Shown piece by piece: positions 16,530 through 24,787 of a DNA stretch of 64,000 nucleotides. The DNA comes from an uncultured Acidobacteriota bacterium (GTDB lineage Bacteria > Acidobacteriota > Terriglobia > Acidiferrales > UBA7541). A program made the position numbers and the translations under genes. The stretch covers positions 344,668 to 408,667 of the forward strand of contig CAWDNJ010000001.1 in assembly GCA_963803635.1 (NCBI GenBank), read 5' to 3'. The notes below the pieces were generated by a model that saw only the letters and a program-made list of their open reading frames with translations, was not told the DNA's origin and did no database searches. The stretch's first letter is position 1, and every line of letters begins with the position of its first letter.

Positions 16530-16902
16530 GGCGGAAGCTTACATCAACTGCGAGCCGGCGGCGAAGCGAAGAGGGCACGGGGGCTCGGCGAGGACTCGGA
16601 GGTGACCGCGACTCCGAGGCGGGAAGCACTACATGCTGCGGATGAGGCTGCGCAGCGGGAGCGCGCTTCGCGCGCGTTTTTATGTCGGAGCTGGAAGCTC
16701 CGACCCCCTAAAACCGGGGGAAAAACCTGTCGCAAAAGTGCGGATCGGGGACCCGGCGAGGCACAAACCAAAAGCAGATCCCTCCCTTCGTCCCGCGCCC
16801 GCAAACATCGCCCTTCCTTCGTCAGGGCAAGCGGGAAAAACAAGAGCGCGGAACTCCGCTCGGGATGACAGCCGGTTCCCTCGCATCGCCTGGCTGAGCG
16901 CG

Positions 16903-17409
16903 CTAGTGCGCTGGCGGCGGGCCTGGAGGGCCGGCGAGAGTTGTGTCCTGATCGAAGATCAAGTGCCAGCCGGACGAGGAGTGCAGCCAGACCGCCGAGC
17001 CGCGGAAGTGCAGGACGCGCGGCGGGGCCGCGGAGCCTGCGGGCGGCTTGATTCCGAAATCGACGAGGCCGGTGACGATTGCGCCGCCGTCATACTCGAC
17101 GACCTTGGGATCCTTCAGGTCATATTGCGAGACGCCGAGCTTGCCGGTGGTGATGGCGTCGATGAATTCGGATTTCGACTGCATCATGCCGTTGCCATGG
17201 ACGAAGATGGCGTTGTCGGCCATCAGGGTGGTGAGCGCCGCACCGTCGGCGGCGACGCACGCATCCGAGAATTTTTTCTGCATGGCTACGACTTCGTCCT
17301 GCACGGAGCCTTGCGCGTTCGCGCGCCAGGCGATCCCCGCGATGACGAACATTGCCAGCAGCGCCGCGGCCGCGAGCGTTGCAATCAGGCGATTCTTTGA
17401 AGGCGACAT
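16903..17409 (-). CDS. Secreted NTF2-like (DUF4440/SnoaL-like) protein
   Basis: It has a signal peptide (LIATLAAAALLAMFVIAGIAWRANAQ), then VVAMQKKFSDACVAADGAALTTLMADNAIFVHGNGMMQSKSEFIDAITTG...GSAVWLHSSSGWHLIFDQ, typical of DUF4440. Confidence 0.75.
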   Translation of the reverse strand: MSPSKNRLIATLAAAALLAMFVIAGIAWRANAQGSVQDEVVAMQKKFSDACVAADGAALTTLMADNAIFVHGNGMMQSKSEFIDAITTGKLGVSQYDLKDPKVVEYDGGAIVTGLVDFGIKPPAGSAAPPRVLHFRGSAVWLHSSSGWHLIFDQDTTLAGPPGPPPAH

Positions 17410-17482
17410 GCGTTCCCTCCCCTTTTGGTGCGAAGCAGGGCGATTCTATATGCGGAGGCGCGAAAAACTCAAACGCAAAAAA

Positions 17483-17516
17483 CCCCACCCTTCGCAGACA
17501 AACGCGAAGGATGGGG
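17483..17516. repeat. Imperfect 13-bp inverted repeat hairpin (ccccacccttcgc N8 gcgaaggatgggg), REP-like
   Basis: Read directly from the sequence. It is intergenic, between the NTF2-like gene and the Rieske oxygenase gene. Confidence 0.6.
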
Positions 17517-17544
17517 CACCCGGAAAACCGATCGATGCCGCCGC

Positions 17545-18768
17545 TTATGCGGGCTGGGGCGCGTTGTAGAAATTGCCGGAGCGCACGTTGACGAGCGGGG
17601 GCGCGGGATTGAAGGTGACGCCGACGGGATCGCCTCCCTCGGCGACCACGCGAATCTGCGCCTTCAGCATGCGCCGCTGCATGATGATGCCACGATCGCT
17701 GGATGCGAGATGTTCCTCGGAGTGCAGCGAGATCGGGCCCTGGCCGGCCTGAGCTTCGTAATCGCCGGGCGTGTCCTGATGCTCCTCGATGGACATTTGG
17801 CCCCAGAGCTTGCCGTTCATGCGGAAACCGTTGCCGCCGCTGAAGAAATCGGGCGCGCCTTTTGGGAGCCGCGTCGCGGTGGCCATCGTGAAATGCGAAT
17901 CATCGACCGGCAGCGACCACGTGATCATGTTCGAGCGGATCTGAGTGATGTCGATCGGATTGGGCACCGACATGATATTCGGCATGATCCACGAGGAAAT
18001 GCGGTCATACTCGCGGCCGTCGTCGAGCTTGCGCTTGGCCGAGTAACACACGCCGTTTTCGGTGGCAAAGAAATCGACCTGAGGCATCAGCGCGAACTGC
18101 GGCGCAAATTGCACGCCGGTGAAGGTCGAGTGCAGCACGTAGACGTGGTAGGGATCCATTACGTTGTCGTTCATGTGCAGCCAGCTGTAGGGCGCGATGG
18201 GAAGGCTGTTGTCGCCGGTTGAGCCGAAGGCGCCGACGTACGCGCGGATTTCCTCATCGGGGCCGAGGTCTTCGAGGATGTCGAAGCGCGGGAGCGCCGG
18301 CTTCTTCTCAAGCGGGCCCATGTAGGCGAAGACCATGCCGTAGTGGTCCTCGACCGGATACCAGGGTTGGCGCGCCACTTCGAGGTTGCGTCCGCCTTCG
18401 GGCTCGCAGGGCTGGCGAAGGCAGTGGCCTTCCACATCGAAAAGCCAGCCATGATAGCAGCAGGCGATGCCCTCTTCGGAAACCTTGCCGTAGAGGAGCG
18501 TGGTCCCGCGATGCATGCAGCGCGGATAGAGCAGGCCGGGGCGGCCGCTCTTGTCGCGGAAGAGGATCAGATCTTCGCCGAGGATGCGAACGTATTGCGG
18601 CCGCGCGGTGACATTCGCGGATGCGGCGACGGGCTGCCAGTAGCGGCGCATGAGTTCGCCGCACGGAGTGCCCGGGCCGACCTGCGTGAGTTCGTAATCG
18701 GGATGCTGCACGGTCCGGCCGTAGGCGCCGCCATCGGCCGACCGCTTTCGTTGCGTTGCCTCGCTCAT
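17545..18768 (-). CDS. Rieske [2Fe-2S] non-heme iron oxygenase, alpha-subunit type
   Basis: 407 aa. The Rieske motif is CMHRG...(x17)...CCYHGW. The mononuclear iron motif is DPYHVYVLH (D-x2-H-x4-H). Confidence 0.9.
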   Translation of the reverse strand: MSEATQRKRSADGGAYGRTVQHPDYELTQVGPGTPCGELMRRYWQPVAASANVTARPQYVRILGEDLILFRDKSGRPGLLYPRCMHRGTTLLYGKVSEEGIACCYHGWLFDVEGHCLRQPCEPEGGRNLEVARQPWYPVEDHYGMVFAYMGPLEKKPALPRFDILEDLGPDEEIRAYVGAFGSTGDNSLPIAPYSWLHMNDNVMDPYHVYVLHSTFTGVQFAPQFALMPQVDFFATENGVCYSAKRKLDDGREYDRISSWIMPNIMSVPNPIDITQIRSNMITWSLPVDDSHFTMATATRLPKGAPDFFSGGNGFRMNGKLWGQMSIEEHQDTPGDYEAQAGQGPISLHSEEHLASSDRGIIMQRRMLKAQIRVVAEGGDPVGVTFNPAPPLVNVRSGNFYNAPQPA

Positions 18769-18943
18769 ATTCCCCCCTTATCAGTGCCTCAGCTAATAAG
18801 ACGCAATAAACTCCTCGGGAGGGTCGTTGTCAAGTGCGGACGGTGTGGCCCAGGGGAACCGAAACGGATTTTTTGGCAAGGTATGCGTGAGTATGAGACT
18901 CTCGGCAAGCTGGATCGAGAAACAAGGAGAACGGAGGTGGAAT

Positions 18944-19345
18944 ATGCTGAAGGGATTCAAACAGTTCCTGCTCAGAGGCAACGTGGTCGACATGGCGGTG
19001 GGCATCGTGATCGGCGCGGCGTTCGGGGCTGTGGTGACGGGCCTGGTGAAGGATTTGCTCACGCCTTTCATCGCCGCGATCGTGAAGCAGCCTGATTTTT
19101 CCGCGCTGACGTTTACGATCAACGGCAGCAAGTTTCTCTACGGCGACTTCGTTAATGCGCTGCTCTCGTTTCTGATCGTCGCCGCCGCGGTGTACTTCTT
19201 CGTGGTGTTGCCGATCAACGCGCTCATCGCGAGGATGAAGAAGGAACCGCCCGCGGACCCCACCACGCGCAAATGCCCGGAATGCCTGAGCGAGATTCCC
19301 ATCGGAGCGCGCCGGTGCGCGTTCTGCACCTCGCCGGTATCTTGA
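18944..19345 (+). CDS. mscL: Large-conductance mechanosensitive channel MscL with a C-terminal zinc-ribbon-like extension
   Basis: ATG at 18944 (GGAGGTGG upstream). The product begins MLKGFKQFLLRGNVVDMAVGIVIGAAFGAVV, the canonical MscL N-terminus. The tail is KCPECLSEIPIGARRCAFCTSPVS (CxxC...CxxC). Confidence 0.9.
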   Translation: MLKGFKQFLLRGNVVDMAVGIVIGAAFGAVVTGLVKDLLTPFIAAIVKQPDFSALTFTINGSKFLYGDFVNALLSFLIVAAAVYFFVVLPINALIARMKKEPPADPTTRKCPECLSEIPIGARRCAFCTSPVS

Positions 19346-19376
19346 GCGAGCGGCGGACCAGGAAACTGTTCCAGCG

Positions 19377-20015
19377 ATGAAAAACGCCAAAGGACTGGAG
19401 GCCTTGATGGGTGGTGTGGTTGTGTGCGGGTCGCTCGGCTGCAGCAATTTCGCGGAGGCGACGCTCGATGAGCTTTCTTTGTGCCGGAACCACTTCTACG
19501 ACAGAGCTATGAAGCGGATCGAGGAGTATCGCGGGCGCCTGCAGACACTCGAGGCAGCTGGAGGCGGCCTCGATGTTCCCGAGTTCCTGTCCCAGATCAT
19601 TGCACAGACAACGATGCTCGTGACAACCGCGAAATTCCTGGGACCCGGTCAGAGAGACCAGTTTCTCGACCTTTCGCTGGCCGCGATGCAGTTGTTCAAG
19701 AGGGCCCAAAGGGCCCCCCGGCTGGCGCGCAACATGCCGGTGCTACTTGGCCGAGAGGCGGATTCCGTGGGGGCTCCGGAGCTTACCAATACGGTCGACG
19801 TAAGCAAACGAGGCGCTTGCGTCGCGACCGTCGGTTCGTGGGTGATCGGCGATAAGGCATGGATCCAAAAACCGGTGGGCGATCTGAAAGCGCTCGCCCG
19901 AATTGCGTGGTCGAAGAAGATGGGCCTTTCTCAGTTTCTCGTCGGGCTCGATATTCTGGATGCGGAAGATTTCTGGAAGCTGGAATCAACCTCAACAAAA
20001 AACAAGCGCCGGTGA
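19377..20015 (+). CDS. PilZ-domain protein with a Cys/His-containing N-terminal segment
   Basis: 212 aa. RAPRLAR (RxxxR) and DVSKRG (DxSxxG) have PilZ-like spacing. The N-terminus is CGSLGC...LCRNH. The gap to mscL is 31 nt. Confidence 0.7.
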   Translation: MKNAKGLEALMGGVVVCGSLGCSNFAEATLDELSLCRNHFYDRAMKRIEEYRGRLQTLEAAGGGLDVPEFLSQIIAQTTMLVTTAKFLGPGQRDQFLDLSLAAMQLFKRAQRAPRLARNMPVLLGREADSVGAPELTNTVDVSKRGACVATVGSWVIGDKAWIQKPVGDLKALARIAWSKKMGLSQFLVGLDILDAEDFWKLESTSTKNKRR

Positions 20016-20055
20016 GCGATTGCTCCAAGGCAGGGAGTTGCGTCAGCGACAGCAG

Positions 20056-20613
20056 CTACAGAGAGGATTGAGGCTTCGGCTCAGGCGTCGTAATTCGGCC
20101 CGGCGTGGGAACCTTGGCTCGGCGATGGAGTACTCCCGACTGCGGAAAGCGCCCTCTAAGAGACGCTGGCCCGACGAAGAAGTACCACGAGCCTTTTCTC
20201 GGGGCGCGCGAGTTTTTGGGGAGCTTGAACGGCACGACCAAGGTACTCATGAAAAGGGAATGGTCATAGAGATCATCCGGCACGGGCACGAGATCGCCGC
20301 CGCGATAGTAGTAGAGGAGAAGTTCATCGCTTTTCCGGGGGGTCGAAGGGAACCCAAACATGGTCTGCTCCACGCCTGTCTCCGGAATCGTTACCGTGGT
20401 CGCGAGGTTGCTGAAGGTCCAGTCCGGCGTGAATGGAACGCCAAAATCGATGCGCACCCATCCGATGTAATTGTCAGGCAGTACGAAACGATAGTGAATC
20501 GGCGTCAGTGTGTAGGTGCACTGCGTGGCCAAGAGCGTGGCCAGGCTGATGGTCACTATGATGAGTGAGCGGTTCCTCACTTTGGACGGCTCCGTGAACG
20601 TGAACGGGCCCAA
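20056..20613 (-). CDS. Hypothetical anchored/secreted protein (lower GC)
   Basis: 185 aa with an N-terminal hydrophobic segment (SLIIVTISLATLLATQ). No motif was recognised. Its codon usage is visibly AT-richer than its neighbours. Confidence 0.55.
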   Translation of the reverse strand: MGPFTFTEPSKVRNRSLIIVTISLATLLATQCTYTLTPIHYRFVLPDNYIGWVRIDFGVPFTPDWTFSNLATTVTIPETGVEQTMFGFPSTPRKSDELLLYYYRGGDLVPVPDDLYDHSLFMSTLVVPFKLPKNSRAPRKGSWYFFVGPASLRGRFPQSGVLHRRAKVPTPGRITTPEPKPQSSL

Positions 20614-20773
20614 TTGACGTGGCGTGATTCTAGTCGCTCAGACGCATGTTGTCCAACGGATCGCACGGCAGGCCGGGATCTGGACCCGCCGCTGGCTTTC
20701 GACGAGACCGCCGACCCGATGGCGGGCCGGCGCAGCGACGAGCGGGTGCCGTGTGCGTGACGGATTTGGACTC

Positions 20774-20848
20774 CAGCTAAACACAGAGTGCACAGAGTGC
20801 ACAGAGAAGCACCGAGTGCGCGGAGACTTCCTGCGAAAGCTCTGCGAG
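20774..20848 (+). repeat. REP-like element, family B (cagctaaacacagagtgcacagagtgcacagag...)
   Basis: It shares the cagctaaacacagag head and cacagag iterations with 34648-34747. Confidence 0.8.
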
Positions 20849-21114
20849 TCGCCTGATTCGCACTGAGATGGAGAACTGGGCAAGCGTTGCCGGAGCTGGA
20901 CGGCAACTCCGGGGACGGTACTTGCTGTGCGGGGAGCAACACTAGGTGGTGCGCCCTTCAAGTCGCATAGAATGCGGCGGTTGCGAGGCGCGCTCGGCGG
21001 GCGCTTTGGCATTTGTCCTGCATTCATCGCTTACGGAGCGGCGGCGTCTCAAGCTTTTCGGCGAGATGCCGATGTCGGAATGGGACGATTCGCGCTAACC
21101 CGGAGGAGATCACC

Positions 21115-21687
21115 ATGTCGGTGTCAGGCATTTTGAGCAGCGTCATAAGCAACGCACTCAGTTCTCAGACGCAGAACGTGCAGGGCAACAGGCAACAGTT
21201 TCAACAGGAATTTCAGCAGCTCGGGCAGGATTTGCAGTCCGGGAATCTTTCGGCCGCGCAGTCGGATTTTGCGACGCTGCAACAAAACGCGCCGCCGGGA
21301 AGCCCGCTTGCGAGCTTGAATTCGACGACCCAGGGCAGTAATTCGCTCACGAATGCGTTCAGCCAGTTGTCGCAGGACTTGCAGTCCGGAAATCTCTCGG
21401 GCGCGCAGTCGGACTTCGCAACGCTTCAGCAGGATTTGCAGAATCGGGGAGCGCACGGGCATCATCATCGCCATGGCGGCGGAGGAGGCGGAGCGGAAGC
21501 GTCGGCTATCAGCCAGGAATTTCAGCAGCTGGGCCAGGCGCTGCAATCGGGCAATCTCACGACTGCGCAGCAGGCGTATGCGTCGCTGCAGCAGGACTTC
21601 GAGCAGTTCTCGTCGGGCAGCAGCTCGGCGACGCAGAATGGTTCGTCTGCGCCAAGCGCTTCGCCGAACATCTCGGTGAATGCTTAA
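21115..21687 (+). CDS. Gln-rich protein with three copies of a ~25-aa repeat and a central His/Gly cluster
   Basis: ATG at 21115 (GGAGGA upstream). The repeats are FQQLGQDLQSGNLSAAQSDFATLQQ, FSQLSQDLQSGNLSGAQSDFATLQQ and FQQLGQALQSGNLTTAQQAYASLQQ. The centre reads HGHHHRHGGGGGG. No signal peptide was seen. Confidence 0.65.
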   Translation: MSVSGILSSVISNALSSQTQNVQGNRQQFQQEFQQLGQDLQSGNLSAAQSDFATLQQNAPPGSPLASLNSTTQGSNSLTNAFSQLSQDLQSGNLSGAQSDFATLQQDLQNRGAHGHHHRHGGGGGGAEASAISQEFQQLGQALQSGNLTTAQQAYASLQQDFEQFSSGSSSATQNGSSAPSASPNISVNA

Positions 21688-21766
21688 GCGCGGATAACGC
21701 CGTCGACGACGGCCGGCGAGACGCCGCGCGCCCCACGTGACAGTCAAAGTCTGTAGTCGAAGCCGG

Positions 21767-22468
21767 TCAGTTTGCGGCGAAAGACGGCGCGCTACGGCGC
21801 CGGCAGGTGAATCCTGCAACAGCCAAGAGTCCGAGCAACAATAAAAAGAAGGAGCCCGGTTCGGGAGTCACGACCAGGAATTCCTGCGGCGAGTTCGCGG
21901 GGCAGGGGCCGCCGTTGCAATTCACTGCGGTGCCCGCGACCGGCGTGTAGACCAGCACGTTTGAGAAGTCGGCTGCCGTGAGATCCTGCGTGACGATAGC
22001 GTTCTCGGCGGTGCTGATCCAACCCTCCGCCGCGCTCAGGGTTCCCGGATCAGACGAGAGGTAGGTCGCGACGTTCGGATCGAGTGCCAGCCAGATCGCG
22101 AAGGAAATGTCTTCGGTGTCCGTCTTGTTCGATGTCGAGAGAAGATCTTCAGCCAGCCACGCCGCAATTTCGTAGTTCTGCTGCGCGTTTGTCTCTGACG
22201 CCCACTTCACATCGCCGGCAAGACTCGCGACAGTTGAAACGGTCGCCGACCAGGATTCGCCAATGTACGAATCGTCGGCAAAGTCATCGCAGATGACCGG
22301 CGTGTTCGCCGCGCCGCCCACCGTACCCGTATACGGGCTCGTGTAAACGCCGTCGAGCACGTTCCCCGCACCCGCGCCCGTGAGCGTGATCAGGGTATCG
22401 GCGCGAAGCGGACGAGCCGAAATGGCCATGCCAAGCAAAATCGTCAGAATCCCCAGGGTCCTTGTCAT
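21767..22468 (-). CDS. PEP-CTERM sorting-signal protein
   Basis: It has a signal peptide (MTRTLGILTILLGMAISARPLRA) and the C-terminal VTPEPGSFFLLLLGLLAVAGFTCRRR motif (PEP + TM + basic). Confidence 0.85.
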   Translation of the reverse strand: MTRTLGILTILLGMAISARPLRADTLITLTGAGAGNVLDGVYTSPYTGTVGGAANTPVICDDFADDSYIGESWSATVSTVASLAGDVKWASETNAQQNYEIAAWLAEDLLSTSNKTDTEDISFAIWLALDPNVATYLSSDPGTLSAAEGWISTAENAIVTQDLTAADFSNVLVYTPVAGTAVNCNGGPCPANSPQEFLVVTPEPGSFFLLLLGLLAVAGFTCRRRSAPSFAAN

Positions 22469-22636
22469 GCTGAAAATAGCAGCAGTTGAAGGTCCACTTT
22501 AACATCGGAGGCGCTGACTCTAACCCTTCTATAATCAATGGAAACGGTCTGCCAATTTCTGGCCGGTAGCCGAAAATATGATGAGAGTGGGAACGAAAAT
22601 CCTAGCTGTGGAACCTTTACTTCACGCCTGGTACGT

Positions 22637-23665
22637 CTAGTCCGCGGCGACGGAAGCCTTGGGAGCGTAATATCCGGTTCGCGTGCGGACGATCACTTTC
22701 CCGATGCCTCTCGGAGGAAAGACTCGCACTTGAACCGCGCGGAACGTGCCGTCCTTGGAGCCATTGGTGGGATAGTAGCCGATGGAGTACTGATTGCGGA
22801 TTTCGTGGGCCACCTGCTCGCAGATCGGCGTCACCTGATCGAGATTTTCCGGGAAGTACGCTTCGCCGCCCGTGGCTTCAGCAAGCTCGGTCAATATTTT
22901 CTTCGAGTGGCGGACCATCCTCTTGTCGTTCTTGCGGTCGTCTTCGCTGAAAACTCCGATCGTATAGATGGTGGCGTTTGATTCTTCGGCCGCTTTGATC
23001 GTGTCCTCGAACGACATGCGGCTGGCGTCGTCGTCGCCATCGGTGACGAGCAACAGGACTCGCTTGTCCTTGTGTCCTTTTTTGAGGTGATTCAGCGAGC
23101 CGATCACGGCGTCGTAGAGAGCGGTGCTGCCGCGCGTGTCGATGCGGGCGAGGGCGTTCTGCAGGTCGGTTTGATCGCTGGTGAAATCTCCGTCGGTGTC
23201 GAGGTAATACTCGTCGTTGAAATTCACGACGAAGGCTTCATCCTGCGGATTACTGGTTTTGACGAAGGTCATCGCGGCGGCATTCACCTGCGCGCGTTTC
23301 TCGCGCATGCTGCCGCTATTGTCGATCACGAGACCCATCGTGACCGGAATGTCCTCGCGCGAAAACAGCGAGACGTCTTGCGGAATCTTGTCCTCGTAAA
23401 TTTTGAAGTCGTTTCGACTCAGGTCCGGAACGAAGTCGCCCTTGTCGTTGGTGACGGTGACGTGCAAGACGACAAGATCCACGTCGGACTTGAGGCGATG
23501 CCCCTGCTGGGAAGCCTCCCCGGGAGGCGGAGGAAGATTCGGCGACGCGATGGGGGGAATCGGATCCTGCGCCTTCGCCGCAGGGGGCGCAAAAATCGAA
23601 AGCAGGGCGACGAGAACGAAGCCGAGGCCGTTAATGCCCCTGCGCGAAATATCCGCTCTTTGCAT
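22637..23665 (-). CDS. Secreted VWA-domain protein (TIGR03436-like)
   Basis: I prefer the ATG at 23665 (MQRADISRRGINGLGFVLVALLSIFAPPAAKAQ). The MIDAS-type motif is VIDNSGSM. The C-terminal ...RVFPPRGIGKVIVRTRTGYYA is typical of the family. It is paralogous to the upstream gene. Confidence 0.85.
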   Translation of the reverse strand: MQRADISRRGINGLGFVLVALLSIFAPPAAKAQDPIPPIASPNLPPPPGEASQQGHRLKSDVDLVVLHVTVTNDKGDFVPDLSRNDFKIYEDKIPQDVSLFSREDIPVTMGLVIDNSGSMREKRAQVNAAAMTFVKTSNPQDEAFVVNFNDEYYLDTDGDFTSDQTDLQNALARIDTRGSTALYDAVIGSLNHLKKGHKDKRVLLLVTDGDDDASRMSFEDTIKAAEESNATIYTIGVFSEDDRKNDKRMVRHSKKILTELAEATGGEAYFPENLDQVTPICEQVAHEIRNQYSIGYYPTNGSKDGTFRAVQVRVFPPRGIGKVIVRTRTGYYAPKASVAAD

Positions 23666-24629
23666 ACACGGTAAGCGGCGGAAGACCTTTGGGCGGACGG
23701 AGCTTGACTTTGACCTTGCGCCACTTCCCATCGTGGGCCCGATTGCTCGAATGATATCCGAGAACATATTGATTGCGAAGCTCCATGCTGATTTTTGACG
23801 CGATATCCGGGAGTTCGCTCAGATTCCCGACGGTAAATTCGCGCCCGCCGGTCATCTCGGTGAGGTCCGCCAAGAGCGAAGGACCATTTCGCTCTTCCTG
23901 AGTCGGCCCGCCGTCCGGCTCAAAGAGGCCGATGGCGTAAATCTGAACGTCGGCCTCGCGAACGAACTTGCGTATTTCGTTTTCCGAATACCGGCTATGA
24001 TTATCGCCCCCATCCGATATGATGAGCAAAGCTTTCCTCGCGTTGTGTGCTCCACGCATCTGGCTCAGCCCGAGATACACTCCGTCGTACAAAGCCGTCA
24101 TTCCATGGGCGCTGGTGTATAAGAGACGATTTTGCAGGTCGTCGACGCTGGAAGTGAACTGGCTGACGAGTTGCGCGCGGTCGTTGAAGTTCACAAGGAA
24201 AAATTCGTCCTGCGGATTCGCCGTGCGGAAGAACTGCACCGCCGCCTCGCGCGATTTGTCGATTTTATCGGCCATGCTGGAGCTCATATCGAAAATCACG
24301 CCGATCGATACGGGAACATCCTGGCTCGAGAAGTCGACGACTTCCTGCTCGGCCCCATCCTCAAACACGCGGAAATTTTCGCGCTCGAGCCCGGTGACCA
24401 GCCGGCCCAGCGGATCGATGACGGATACGCCGACGAGCGTCAGCTCCGTCTCCGTACGGAGAGGATGACCCTTCTTTATTTGAGGGGCGGGAGGAGGAAC
24501 AGCTCCAGGGCCGGGGCCTTCCTGGGCGAATGTCAACTGCGTGGGCAAAGAAAAAAGCGCAAGGGCCAGAGCCGCACAAAGAGCCGCCAGAGTTTTGCTC
24601 CAAACCGGCAGCGCGGCGCGGTGTTTCAA
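23631..24629 (-). CDS. Secreted VWA-domain protein (TIGR03436-like), paralog
   Basis: 332 aa with a signal peptide, the VIFDMSSSM MIDAS motif, and the C-terminal KVKLRPPKGLPPLTVYAKSGYFA. It overlaps the next gene by 35 nt if that gene starts at 23665. Confidence 0.85.
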   Translation of the reverse strand: MKHRAALPVWSKTLAALCAALALALFSLPTQLTFAQEGPGPGAVPPPAPQIKKGHPLRTETELTLVGVSVIDPLGRLVTGLERENFRVFEDGAEQEVVDFSSQDVPVSIGVIFDMSSSMADKIDKSREAAVQFFRTANPQDEFFLVNFNDRAQLVSQFTSSVDDLQNRLLYTSAHGMTALYDGVYLGLSQMRGAHNARKALLIISDGGDNHSRYSENEIRKFVREADVQIYAIGLFEPDGGPTQEERNGPSLLADLTEMTGGREFTVGNLSELPDIASKISMELRNQYVLGYHSSNRAHDGKWRKVKVKLRPPKGLPPLTVYAKSGYFAQGH

Positions 24630-24787
24630 GGAACCCCCAAACGCCTCAGAATCGGATCATAACACCGAGCGGGCTCAAAGCAAGAGGGTGTTCCGGGATT
24701 CAAACGGCCACTTTCCTGTACGGCAAGGCCGCCGCGCGCCCGTGTTAGTATGGCTTCGCCGGAACCAATTGAAAGGCTGCGCCGCCG

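Noticed and set aside
20614-21114. A 500-bp gene-free region as a possible structured ncRNA or riboswitch upstream of the Gln-rich repeat gene.
   Set aside because: It contains a REP family B element, and I could not recognise any known riboswitch or ncRNA core motif by eye. An Infernal scan is needed before any claim.
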